The notes under the pieces: generated by a model
The model's database searches: none
Seen by the model: only the letters and a program-made list of their open reading frames with translations
What the model was told of the DNA's origin: nothing
Position numbers and translations under genes: made by a program
In this document: positions 37,601-48,611 of the stretch, piece by piece
Numbering within the stretch: position 1 is the stretch's first letter
Layout of the letters: each line of letters opens with the position of its first letter
From: Mizuhopecten yessoensis
Taxonomy: Eukaryota
Direction of reading: 5' to 3'
Length of the DNA: 64,000 nucleotides
Assembly: GCF_002113885.1 (NCBI RefSeq)
Contig: NW_018407853.1
Span: 534,955-598,954 of the forward strand

Positions 37601-40600
37601 AACATTACCTATTAGATGTTCATTCAAGGATGTTCATATTGGATCTGCTGAGATGAGTGTCAAGGGGTAAAGTTAGACATTTTTAAAATGCAATGTATAC
37701 CTATAAGTATTAAGTTCTGAAGCATGAAGTTTCTTGTTAAAATATCTTTCTGAAATGAGCTTGCCATCAAATTGTTCCCTGATGTGTTGTTTATCAATGT
37801 TACAGCCGTATCCTGTTTGTGGACCCTACAGTAGAGGAAGAGGGGCTGGCTACAGGCATGGTGACTGTAGTGACTGTTGGTAACAAACTCTGCATGGTAC
37901 ACAAACCAGGTGTGTAACAGTCACTTTCATGTATCCCTGTGGAAACAGTTCAGGTGGCATAGATATATTCCATGATAAAAGAACATACTTGGACTGAAAC
38001 AACAGGCAGAGCTAAAAATGCACAGTACTCATGTTTTGTGACAAAGAATTATCAATATATCAAGAATAAAATGTACTTCTTTTTCCTGTGCAATTAATCT
38101 CGTAACTTTTCCAGAAAGATACATGTGAACCGACTTTGTTTTAAGCGGAATTAATGCAAACTAGTGAAAGTCATTATTTTAGTGTTGGTTGGAGGCTCTG
38201 GACCCCTCATCATTATAAACATGCCAAATTTTCAAGGTCTTAGCCTCATTTAAGATCTGAGCCTGTCGTTTTCTTTTTCGGTTCAGCCAGTTGAAACGAG
38301 TATGCAAAAGAGACCTTACACTGTGATTCTGGCTGCTTTCTCATGTGGTTTATCACCACCAAAATGGATTTCCTTATTAAAGTGGTTTCTTCTGTCTCAT
38401 GAAAAGAATTTTTTGCATTTAATTATGTTTGAAACTTTACTTGTTTAGAAATCTTTCAGGACAGCAATATTGTGATATCTTAATTATAGAGTTTAAAATG
38501 TTACTTTTCTCAGTTTTACTTCACTGACCTGTTCAAGTGATTTTTTGGTACAGGATACCTAGTTCCTGTCCTGCTATAATCTGTGTATTTCCCAGTCTTC
38601 CCTGTCCTATAAACAAATTGATTTTGGATTAGATCACATGGCTTTCTGTAATAGGTATGAAGTGCTAGCATGGTCAGTGAATGTTTGTCAGTTTACATTG
38701 CTTCAAGCAGGACATTTTGATAATAAAATATTTCAGAAGTCATTCAACATTGAAAAATATAGATACTGGGGTTTGAATGTTCCTTCTTCCCAAGCATAAA
38801 TATTAAAGCTTCAAGTGTGCTTTGAAATTGCATTCATTAGGTACATATGTAAGGGTTGGAAATTAACTTTAATGGAAAGCACATACTCTGGTATGTGATT
38901 TTACAATAGGGAGCACAGCTGTTTTGTACTGCACACAATTCAATTATTACGTTGCATAGTTATGACTTTTTCGTTAAATGAATTTGCAAATAATCAAGCT
39001 TGTACACTTAATTTTGACCAAATACGTGCAAATCACATAATTTGTCTGGGAAATCTTTGAGGGAGGATTTACCTTAGTTGGTCATGCTCATCAGTTGCAA
39101 AATGTTTTTGGTTTTGCATTTTTAAGATTTTATTTTGTTTAGGCCAGACAATTTTTAGCTCACCTGGTCCGTCCGTCCGTCAACTTTTCCTTTAAATCGC
39201 TACTAGACCTGAACGGCCTAGTAGATTTTGACTAAATTTGGTCTAGAGTATCCTTAGGCCAAGGGGACTCAATTTTGTATAAACGCTGGGTGTGGCCCCC
39301 CTGGGGGCAGAGGGGCTGGGCCCAATAGGGGAAATAGAGGTAAAACCTTGAAAATCCTTCTTCTACCGTAGGGATTAAAGTATTTTATCCTAATTTAGTC
39401 TGGAGCATCCTTGGGCCAAGGGAACTCAATTTTGTATAAATGGTGGGTGTGACCCCCCTGGGGGCTGGGGGAGCGGGGCCCAATAGGGGAAATATAGCAA
39501 ATTCTTTAAAATCCTTCTTCTTCTGTAGGAATGCAAGGATTTGTTCCATATTTGGTCTGAAGGGGAACCAATTGTGTATAAACCATGGGTCTGGCCCGCC
39601 AGAAGCCTGAGAGGTGGGGCCCAATAGGGGAAACATAGCAAATTATTCTTTAAAATCCTTCTTCTTCTGTAGGAATGAAAGGATTTGTTCCATATTTGGT
39701 GTGGGGCATCCTTGGGTAAAGGGGAACCAATTTTGTATAAACGGTGGGTCTGGCACCTCAGGGGGCTGAGGGGCGGGGCCCAATAGGGGAAACATAGCAA
39801 ACTCTTTAATATCCTTCTTCTTCTGTAGGAATGAAAGGATTTGTTCCATATTTGGTCTGAAGCATCCTCGGGTGAAGGGGAACCAATTTTGTATGAACCG
39901 TGGGTCTGGCACCTCAGGGGCCTGAGAGGGGGGCCCAATAGGGGAAACATAGCAAATTATTCTTTAAAATCCTTCTTCTTCTGTAGGAATGAAAGGATTT
40001 GGTCCATATTTGGTGTGGAGCATCCTTGGGTAAAGGGGAACCAATTTTGTATAAACGGTGGGTCTGGCACCTCAGGGGGCTGAGGGGCGGGGCCCAATAG
40101 GGGAAACATAGCAAACTCTTTAATATCCTTCTTCTTCTGTAGGAATGAAAGGATTTGTTCCATATTTGGTCTGAAGCATCCTCGGGTGAAGGGGAACCAA
40201 TTTTGTATGAACCGTGGGTCTGGCACCTCAGGGGCCTGAGAGGGGGGCCCAATAGGGGAAACATAGCAAACTCTTTAATATCCTTTTTCTTCTGTAGGAA
40301 TGAAAGGATTTGGTCCATATTTGGTGTGGAGCATCCTTGGGTAAAGGGGAACCAATTTTGTATAAATGGTGGGTGTGGCCCCCCTGGGACCTGAGGGGCG
40401 GGGCCCAATAGGGGAAATAGAAGTAAAACCTTTATAATCCTTCTTCTACCATATGGATTGAGGGATTTTATCCTAATTTAGTCTGGAGCATCCTTGGGCC
40501 AAGGGGACTTAATTTTTTATTTGCAGTGGGTGTGGTCTCCCAGGGGGTAGAAGGGCGGAGGCCAATAGGAGAAATAGAGGTAAAACCTTTTAAATCCTTC

Positions 40601-41243
40601 TTCGACCATCGAGATTAAGGGATTTTTTCCATATTTAGTCTGGAGCATCCTTGGACCAAGGGGTCTCAATTTTGTATAATTGGTTGGTATGGCCCCCCTA
40701 GAGGCATAGGGGTGGGGCTCTGTTTGAAGTTTGTTCTCGCTATATCTCAAGTACTGGATGGATCTTTCTGAAATTTCATATGTACTTACAGCACCTACCA
40801 TGGAGTCCTATATCTTTACTTCATGCCAATTATTTTGAACATATTCAGGTGAGCGATACAGGCCCTCTTGGCCTCTTGTTTATATATGTTTCCTGTAACA
40901 TGTTGAAAAAAATTAGGGTAGGTAGCTATAGATAGTTAACAGGTTTTATTTTAGGGTAGGCACAAAAAATAGGGTAGGGAAGGTAACTGGAAACACCAAA
41001 TTTTGGGAAAATCTTGTACGGTGTTCTTTTTTCACTGGAATATCAAAGAGCATAATGAATTACAAAAGTGAGAAAATGCTGAAAAAATTATGTCTTAAAA
41101 TGTTAAATGTTTTCATTTTGGTCTCAACAGGTGGAAGTCCGCTTAAGTCTGAACAGCTGTTGACATGTTTTGATCGAGCCTTTGACAGGAGTAAGGAAGT
41201 TCTGAGACTCATAGAAGAAACAATCCTAAGTGTAGAGAGATGA
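31629..41243 (+). CDS. EXOSC8: Exosome complex component RRP43 (RNase PH-like)
   Basis: 11 exons: 31629-31645, 33086-33122, 33432-33495, 34024-34097, 34747-34792, 35188-35293, 36440-36485, 36929-37025, 37168-37282, 37806-37909, 41131-41243. Translation [33 protein letters not shown]...[19 protein letters not shown]...[23 protein letters not shown]...[20 protein letters not shown]...VDPTVEEE...HKPGG is typical EXOSC8. AATAAA at about 41250. Confidence 0.96.
35915..36300. repeat. 30-bp intronic tandem repeat, about 12 copies (EXOSC8 intron 6)
   Basis: Unit caatgtatgtcctaaaggtgctgtagattg(tt). Confidence 0.9.
36468..36708 (+). repeat. 40-bp tandem repeat x6 containing the EXOSC8 exon 7 donor site
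   Basis: gaaag|gtaag at 36481, 36521, 36561, 36601, 36641, 36681. Confidence 0.95.
36809..36962 (+). repeat. 46-bp tandem repeat x3 containing the EXOSC8 exon 8 acceptor
   Basis: ttacttgtcag|ctg ends at 36836, 36882, 36928. Confidence 0.92.
39152..40881 (+). mobile_element. HINE (Helentron-associated) element with GC-rich about 157-bp central satellite, in the last EXOSC8 intron
   Basis: 5' ttttagctcacctgg + (tccg)n, about 9 tandem units (gggcccaatagggga...aaatccttcttc), 3' caggtgagcgatacaggccctcttggcctcttgttt (subTIR + hairpin). This is the canonical bivalve HINE/pearl layout. Confidence 0.8.
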
Positions 41244-41812
41244 GAGTGTAATAAAACTGTTATTTTTATGTTTGTCTCTGGGGGTTTTTATGTCTTTTTT
41301 AGTGGAAACAAATTAAAAACAAGTTTCTTTTCCGAACAGGAATGTTCTTCTGTCTTCCTAATTTTCTTCCGTGTGTCTTGCAAAATATCTCTGTCCTTCT
41401 ATTTGAGATTTACCTGGTTAATAATAACAAGAGATCCCAAAGGGATCTTGGCACCCACAATCATACCATCTTTATATAATCTATGTAAGTTTGATCTTTT
41501 CTCTTCTATAATACTATTATCTGTTGGATTGAGTCATTTAAACAATAAAGGCACCTTGTAACATTTGATCAAAGCTTCATTCTAGAAATAGACCTGTCAA
41601 ACTTATTTTAAAAATTCAAGATGGATGCCGGTTGGCAATCTTACTTTTCCCATCAGTCCCAAAATTTGATATGGCGCTAAGAGGAACCTTTATGTGAAAT
41701 TTGAATGGGAGATCTCCAGCATTTTCTGAGAAATGGCGATAACAAGAAGTGTTTAAGGACAGACAGACAGACTGCGGACGAAGGGTGATTTAAATAGTTT
41801 GGTTTGGTTTTA

Positions 41813-42899
41813 TTAGCTCATCTGGTCCGAAGGTCCGGCGTCCGGGGACGTCAACTTTTCCTTTAAAATGCTACTAGTCCTGAACGGCTGAGTAGATTTT
41901 ATCCTAAATTAGTCTGGAGCATCCTTGGGCCAAGGGGACACAATTTTGTATAAAAAGTGGGTGTGGCCCCCTTTGGGGCAGAGGGACGGGGCCAAATAAT
42001 GGAAACAGAGTTAAAACCTTAAAAATCCTTTTTCTATCGTAAGGATTAAAGGATTTTATCCTTATTTAGTCTGGAGCATACTTGGGCAAAGGGGACTCAA
42101 TTTTGTAGCAATGGTGGGTGTGGCCCCCTTGGGGGCAGAGAGGCGGGCCTGAATAGGGGAAATAGAGGTAAAACCTTTAAAATCCTTCTTCTACCATAGA
42201 GATTAAAGAATTTTATCCTAAATTAGTCTACAGCATCCTTGCATCTTGGTCTTGGTGTTGCCCCCCTCCCCTGGGGGCAGAGGAGCGGGGCCCATTGTCC
42301 TTCTGTAGAAATGACAGGATTTTGTCCAAATTTGGTATGAAGTATCCTTGGGTGAAGGGGAACCAATTTTGTATAAACGGTTAGTCTGACCCTGCTGGGG
42401 GCAGAGAGGCAGGGTCAAATAAGGGATATAGAGGAATAGCTTTAATATCCTTTTTTCTTCCGTTACGATGAAGGTATTTTGACCATATTTGAACAGTAGC
42501 ATCCTATGGGGAAGGGAAATCAGTTTTGTGTAAATGGTGTGTCTGACCTCCCTGGGGCCTGAGCGGTGGGGCCCAATAGTGGTAATTTAGCAAATTCTTG
42601 AAAATTCTTCTTCTGTAGGAATAACAGGATTTTGTCCTTTTTTGGTCTAAAGCATCATTGGTTAAAGACGACCTGATTTTGTATCACAGGTGGGTCTGAA
42701 CCCCCTTGGGGCAGAGGGGCAGGGCCCAACAGGGGAAACATAACAAGTTTCTTAACAAGTTTTTTTGTCCAATTGCATATAAATATAACCCCTGACTAAC
42801 CATGTAATACCTGTACACTACCAGCAACATCTAGCTATTCCAACTTCAATTTTACTAACATTTCCAGGTGAGCGATACAGGCCCTCTGGGCCTCTTGTT
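41813..42899 (+). mobile_element. Second copy of the same HINE family
   Basis: ttagctcatctggtcc ... caggtgagcgatacaggccctctgggcctcttgtt, with about 5 diverged 157-bp units. Confidence 0.78.
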
Positions 42900-42983
42900 C
42901 ACTTTTTTTCTGAAAATTGTCAGCAATACATGTCGGACAATTATGTACCAGCCATATATATATGATATATATTTAAATATTAT

Positions 42984-43744
42984 TTTTTAGCCCCCCAAAG
43001 TTTTCGGGGGGGGGGGGGGGGGGNGTTTGCACTCTTTCTGTCCGTCCGTCAGAGAAGTTTGTCAGGGACATATCTTCTGTACTTTTTCACCTGGAGTATA
43101 AACCAGATTTGGTGTACAAGGACAGCTTTGGATGACGGGAGTGTAGAGTGCAAGAAGAAGATCACTATGAACTCACTGACTTACTATGCTTTGACCTGTG
43201 ATCTTAACTTTTGAAAAAGTTGGTTCGGGGCATATCTTATATACTAGCTATTTCACCTGGAGTAACCAGATTTGGCGTACAAGGACATCTTGGGATGATG
43301 GAGTGTACATATACAGTGTGTACAGAATTAGGTCACTGTGATGCATGTTTTGACCTTTGACCTTTACTTTTGAAAATGTTTGTCCAGGACATATCTTCTA
43401 TACTTTGTTACCTGGCATAACTAGATTTGATGTACAAGGATCCCGGACATCTTGGGATGGCGGAGTGTACAGAATTAGGTCACTGTGACCAGTGACTTGA
43501 TCTTTGACCTTAAAAAGCTTTACATTTGAAAATATTCGTCCGGGGCATATCTTCTATACTATTTCACCCGAGTAACCAGATTTGATGAACAAAGACATCT
43601 TGGGATGGCGGAGTGAAGTACTAGGTCACTCTAACCTCACTGTGATCGACCTATATGCTTCCTGACATAAGTGTACTATTTGTTAAATATAGAAATTCTT
43701 ACCGGTTGGTACTATGGATTGCCTTGCAATACTTTGCCTTGTTT
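42984..43744 (+). mobile_element. HINE-like element with about 180-bp internal repeats
   Basis: ttttagcccccc...gggggg hairpin + (tccg)n, repeated catatcttctatact...ccagatttg...ggacatcttgggatg units, ends ccttgttt. Confidence 0.6.
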
Positions 43745-45255
43745 ATGAATATTTAAGCACAGTACATATGTAGATCATATTTCTGTCATTTTTTCTTTAG
43801 AAATTTCGGTGCTAAAGGGATTGGGCGATATATTGACAAAATTGTTAAAATAATTGTAAATTATTAACAACAAAAAAGCAGGTTTCTTAATTTTTTAAAC
43901 CACCATTCATTTCATTTTCATGTCAGAATTGATATACAGCACACCTATATATATAGCTAGCATATGTCCTAAGGAGGGATTCTGTTCATTTTGTTACCTT
44001 AAAGCTGTAAGCTGGCGTCTGAGATCTACGCTATCATCACAAAGTTTACTGAACTATGTGCCCTCGCTTAGGCATGAGTGCCTATTTCATATTATGTGTA
44101 AGGGTATAAAGCCCATCAGTTACCGTATATGTAATATCCAATTGATTTGACGTACTGTAATATAATGTTCAATTGATTTGACGTACTGTAATATCCAATT
44201 GATTTGACGTACTGTAATATCCAATTGATTTGAATTGATGCAAAAGTTTACTAGATTACAATTGGAATATAGTACACATAGTGATTATTCTGCTGCATTT
44301 GAGTGCATTGTTAAAATGTCCATGCCTAACTGTTAAATGGTATAAATCCAAACATAATATATATATATATATATTTATACTGTAAACAATTGTACAGTGT
44401 TCAACTCAAGAAGTAATTCCAACAGTGTGGACAAGTTTAGGTTGTCAAATTTTCGGAGCGATCTGCTCCTTTTTCAAGACACAGTGAAACAGAACAGTTA
44501 CATGTACATATACATCATATTACAAGAAGATAGATAGATATATACATAGATAGATGTATAACTACATATATATCTAAACATCGATATAGGTCGAGCTACC
44601 GTCATCTTAGGTTCTGAGAAATGTTGATTATAAAAAAAAGGATTTGGGGGACACAACAGCAAAAAAATCTGAAATTCATCTGTTCATATTGGCTCCGACA
44701 TTTTAAATATCTATAGTTGATTTAGATTCATCAGGTCAGAGATATGACGCAATGGATATTTTCGGGTAATTCCAACAATCGGCACATTTTTGTCGGAGAG
44801 AAAAAGGAGAAAAAAGAGCTGTCTTTCGCATTTGAAATACATATATTTGCGATGCTTTCCAATAATAAAGTGAATGAATCAACCAAAAAATGTTGTCTGT
44901 AAATTAAATTAAAACACTCAAATATGTATCTAAAAAGCCACCAGATGGCACGATAGTGCTTCTAGATCTAAAAAAAAATCCGCCTTTGGCGCTCGCATTC
45001 GCACGTGTGACTTTCTGCATGCACATGTATACAAAAGAGCCCAATTTGGGTAAATCGTTGTTCCCTGTCGAAAGTTTATATTAACGTCATTATATTCAAA
45101 AAAAATAAAAATATTATCATTATTGCCAATAGACAATTGACTTGAATATAGCGGACTGTCCACATATCGCTATGCTATATGATACTATAAATGTAGGTAT
45201 CATAAGTAATATCCACATAAATGTATATATATAATTTAGTCCGATTCCCCCCCCC

Positions 45256-45518
45256 NNNNNNNNNNNNNNNNNNNNNNNNNNNNNNNNNNNNNNNNNNNNN
45301 NNNNNNNNNNNNNNNNNNNNNNNNNNNNNNNNNNNNNNNNNNNNNNNNNNNNNNNNNNNNNNNNNNNNNNNNNNNNNNNNNNNNNNNNNNNNNNNNNNNN
45401 NNNNNNNNNNNNNNNNNNNNNNNNNNNNNNNNNNNNNNNNNNNNNNNNNNNNNNNNNNNNNNNNNNNNNNNNNNNNNNNNNNNNNNNNNNNNNNNNNNNN
45501 NNNNNNNNNNNNNNNNNN
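45256..45518. other. Assembly gap
   Basis: N-run flanked by poly-C. Confidence 1.
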
Positions 45519-45808
45519 CCCCCGATCATGTAATTGCAATCCTTTTATCAAATATATCTTATGCCCGATAATGATACTTAAATGTATCTAATATATATAT
45601 TCATTAGTGTATATAATAATTAATAGATTGCAGCCCGTTCCTGCCCGTTTCTGTCCGTTCCTGCCCATTTCGCCCGTTCCTGCCCGTTCCTGTAAATCGT
45701 CTAACCGCTACGGGGCTGTCCCTGGCCGGGTATAGTATACTGGCTGGCGATATCGATTTATGAATCCCTTTTTGCGGTCATTAGTCGCACCAAACGACAA
45801 AAAACAAA

Positions 45809-47926
45809 ATGGCAGGCTGTTTGGTAATTAGGGCACGAGGTTACCGGCTTCTCAATTCTGGACTAGCAAGTTTCGGTTCAATATGCAATGCAAAATGTTT
45901 GTTCCAAGACCTAGGATACAAATTCAAAATACCAAGGCCGTGTTCCTCTCTGACAAGGAACGGAAAAGCAATTCAGCGCCCAGTTATAAGCAAACCACGT
46001 GCGATTGTCGGCAGGCTCAATTATAATTACTCTACCACATCCGTAGCGACAGGAGAGCAAGGAACATCCAGAATTATAAACGATAGAAAGCACGCTGCTA
46101 AAGTGGTAACAGATTCGGATGCTGATGTGCATCGACTCATTTGTGGATTTCTCATCGGAAGAGATGGAGAGAACATTAAAAAGTTGCGATTGGAAACTGG
46201 GTTTGATTTTGACCTTGATACTAAAACAAATCGAGATCCAACAGGCCCAAGTCTTCTTGTTTTTGGGACAGATTCTGAAGTGTTAAAGAGTGCAACAGAA
46301 AAAATAACAGAAGAGGTACAAAAGATAAGAAACTGTCTAAAAAAAGTGTTTACAGATGAAGATGTTGACATTCATTATGAAATATGTAAACTTATCATTG
46401 GAGAAGGAGGACAAAACATACAAAGATTGAAATTGGAAACTGGTTTAGATTTTGAACTATCCAGTATCAGCACAGGCCTACTTGTAATTGGGACTGATGC
46501 TATAGTGTTGCAGAGTGCGACAGAGAAAGTAACACAAGAAGTACAAAGAATAAGAAACTGCATTGAAAAAGTGTTTACAGATGAGGATGTTGACATTCAT
46601 GCCTGCATTGCAGGAAATATCATTGGAAAAGGAGGACAAAACATACAAAGATTGAAAATGGAAACCGGATTAGATTTTGAACTCTACAGTATCACCAAAG
46701 GCCTACTTGTAATTGGGACTGATGCTGAAATGTTGAAGAGTGCAACAGAACAAGTAACAAGAGAAGTTCAGAGAATGAGAAACTGCATAGAAAAAGTGTT
46801 AACAGATGAAGATGTTGACATTCATAATGAAATATATAGCAGTATCATTGGAAAAGGAGGGCAAAACAAACTAAGATTGAAAATGGAATCCGGATTAGAT
46901 TTTGATCTCTCCCGTATCAGCACTGGCCTACTTGTTAGTGTGACTGATGCTGAAGTGTTGAAGAGTGCAACAGAAAAAGTAACACAAGAAGTGCAAAGAA
47001 TAAGAAACTGCATGGAAAAGGTGTTTACAGATGAAGATATTAACATTCATACTAGAATATGTAGCGGTATCATTGGAAAAAGAGGACAAAACATACAAAG
47101 ATTGAAATTGGAAACTGGATTAGATTTTGAACTTGAAATAATCAGCACTGGCCTACTTGTTCATGTGACTGATGCTGAAGTGTTGACAATTGCAATAGAA
47201 CAAGTAACAAGAGAAGTTCAGAGAATGAGAAACTGCATTGAAAAGGTGTTTACAGATGAAGATGTTGACATTCATGCTAACATTGTAAGAAATATCATTG
47301 GAATAGGAGGACATAACAAACAAAGATTGAAAATGGAATCCGGATTAGATTTTGAACTAGACCGTATCAGCACAGGCCTACTTGTTCGTGTGACTGATTC
47401 TGAAGTGTTGAAGAGTGCAACAGAAAAAGTAACACAAGAAGTACAAAGAATAAGAAACTGCATAGAAAAAGTGTTCACAGATGAGGATGTTGACATTCAT
47501 GCCTGCATTGTAAGAAATATCATTGGAAAAGGAGGACAAAACATACAAAGATTGCAATTGGTAACCGGATTAGATTTTGAACTCGACAGTAGCAACACGG
47601 GCCTACTTGTTCGTGTGACTGATGCTGAAATGTTGAAGAGTGCAACAGAACAAGTAACAAAAGAAGTCCAGAGAAGGAGAAACTGCATTGAAAAAGTGTT
47701 TACAGATGAAGATGTTGACATTCATGCTTACATTGTAAGAAATATCATTGGAAAAGGAGGACAAAACATACAAAGATTGAAATTGGAATCCGGATTAGAT
47801 TTTGAACTCGACTGTATCAGCACTGGCCTACTTGTTCATGTGACAGATGCTGAAGTGTTGAAGAGTGCAACAGAAAATGTAACTCAAGAAGTACAAAGAA
47901 TAAAGAACCGGTTAGAAAAAAACTGA
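45809..47926 (+). CDS. Intronless tandem KH-domain RNA-binding protein (8 x 75-aa repeats) with a mitochondrial-presequence-like N-terminus
   Basis: Uninterrupted 705-aa ORF with good start context (caaaATGG) and AATAAA at 47996. Eight repeats each contain the KH signature (I/L)IG-x-x-G-x-N(I/K)xx(R/K)L. Nucleotide period is 225 bp (acagatga.gat.tt.acattcat at 46352, 46577, 46802, 47027, 47252, 47477, 47702). Confidence 0.9.
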   Translation: MAGCLVIRARGYRLLNSGLASFGSICNAKCLFQDLGYKFKIPRPCSSLTRNGKAIQRPVISKPRAIVGRLNYNYSTTSVATGEQGTSRIINDRKHAAKVVTDSDADVHRLICGFLIGRDGENIKKLRLETGFDFDLDTKTNRDPTGPSLLVFGTDSEVLKSATEKITEEVQKIRNCLKKVFTDEDVDIHYEICKLIIGEGGQNIQRLKLETGLDFELSSISTGLLVIGTDAIVLQSATEKVTQEVQRIRNCIEKVFTDEDVDIHACIAGNIIGKGGQNIQRLKMETGLDFELYSITKGLLVIGTDAEMLKSATEQVTREVQRMRNCIEKVLTDEDVDIHNEIYSSIIGKGGQNKLRLKMESGLDFDLSRISTGLLVSVTDAEVLKSATEKVTQEVQRIRNCMEKVFTDEDINIHTRICSGIIGKRGQNIQRLKLETGLDFELEIISTGLLVHVTDAEVLTIAIEQVTREVQRMRNCIEKVFTDEDVDIHANIVRNIIGIGGHNKQRLKMESGLDFELDRISTGLLVRVTDSEVLKSATEKVTQEVQRIRNCIEKVFTDEDVDIHACIVRNIIGKGGQNIQRLQLVTGLDFELDSSNTGLLVRVTDAEMLKSATEQVTKEVQRRRNCIEKVFTDEDVDIHAYIVRNIIGKGGQNIQRLKLESGLDFELDCISTGLLVHVTDAEVLKSATENVTQEVQRIKNRLEKN

Positions 47927-48611
47927 ACTTAGCAATATTAACACATTGAATATACTGATGCTCATCATCATTGCAGAATTTCAGGAATGGTCAGTAATAA
48001 ATGATCAGAAGTCAAAGATTGAAACTCAAAGTATTAGTTTTTATCACATGATGTACTGTGTTATGCAGTGAATATACCCATGTCATATTTTTTTGCGTAA
48101 CATGGGTTAATACTATTAACCCATGCAATATTACATGTATATGACCTATCAGCCCTGTGATTGGTTGTAAGTTTCAATTGTTTCAATTTTGTCGTCACGC
48201 CTAGGAAAAGAAGATGACGTCACAGACTTGCACACTGGAGTTAAAATGGCGGCTTTTTACATTTTAATTAAGGTTACATGAAAATTGTTGTGTTACACGA
48301 ATAAATGCCACAAATCTTGATTAACCGGTATGTGATAAAAAGGATCTTGCACTCATTTTCTTTCACATGAAATTCATGAAACACGTCACAAATTTTTTCA
48401 TTTTACTTTTAGCTCGCCACAGGCTCACTTAATTGAAAATTTTAAAATTTTATTTGATAGTATAATTTTAGAGCAGGTGATCTAAAAATGGCAACTCACT
48501 GACGATTTAAGTGATCAATCTAGCGTCAAAAAAGGTGAAATTTTGGCTTTTGTGAAGCGCAAGAAATACACAGAAATACACATTTTCAAAATGTCCTTTG
48601 AATTAGTCTTT

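Noticed and set aside
39385-40801. Repeated ORFs (MFPLLGP..., [10 protein letters not shown]...)
   Set aside because: Translations of HINE internal satellite units.
45120-45571. ORFs spanning poly-X
   Set aside because: Artefacts of the N gap. The same applies to 53984-54493.
46027-47721. Periodic minus-strand ORFs (MSTSSSVNTFS...)
   Set aside because: Antisense shadows of the 225-bp KH repeats.
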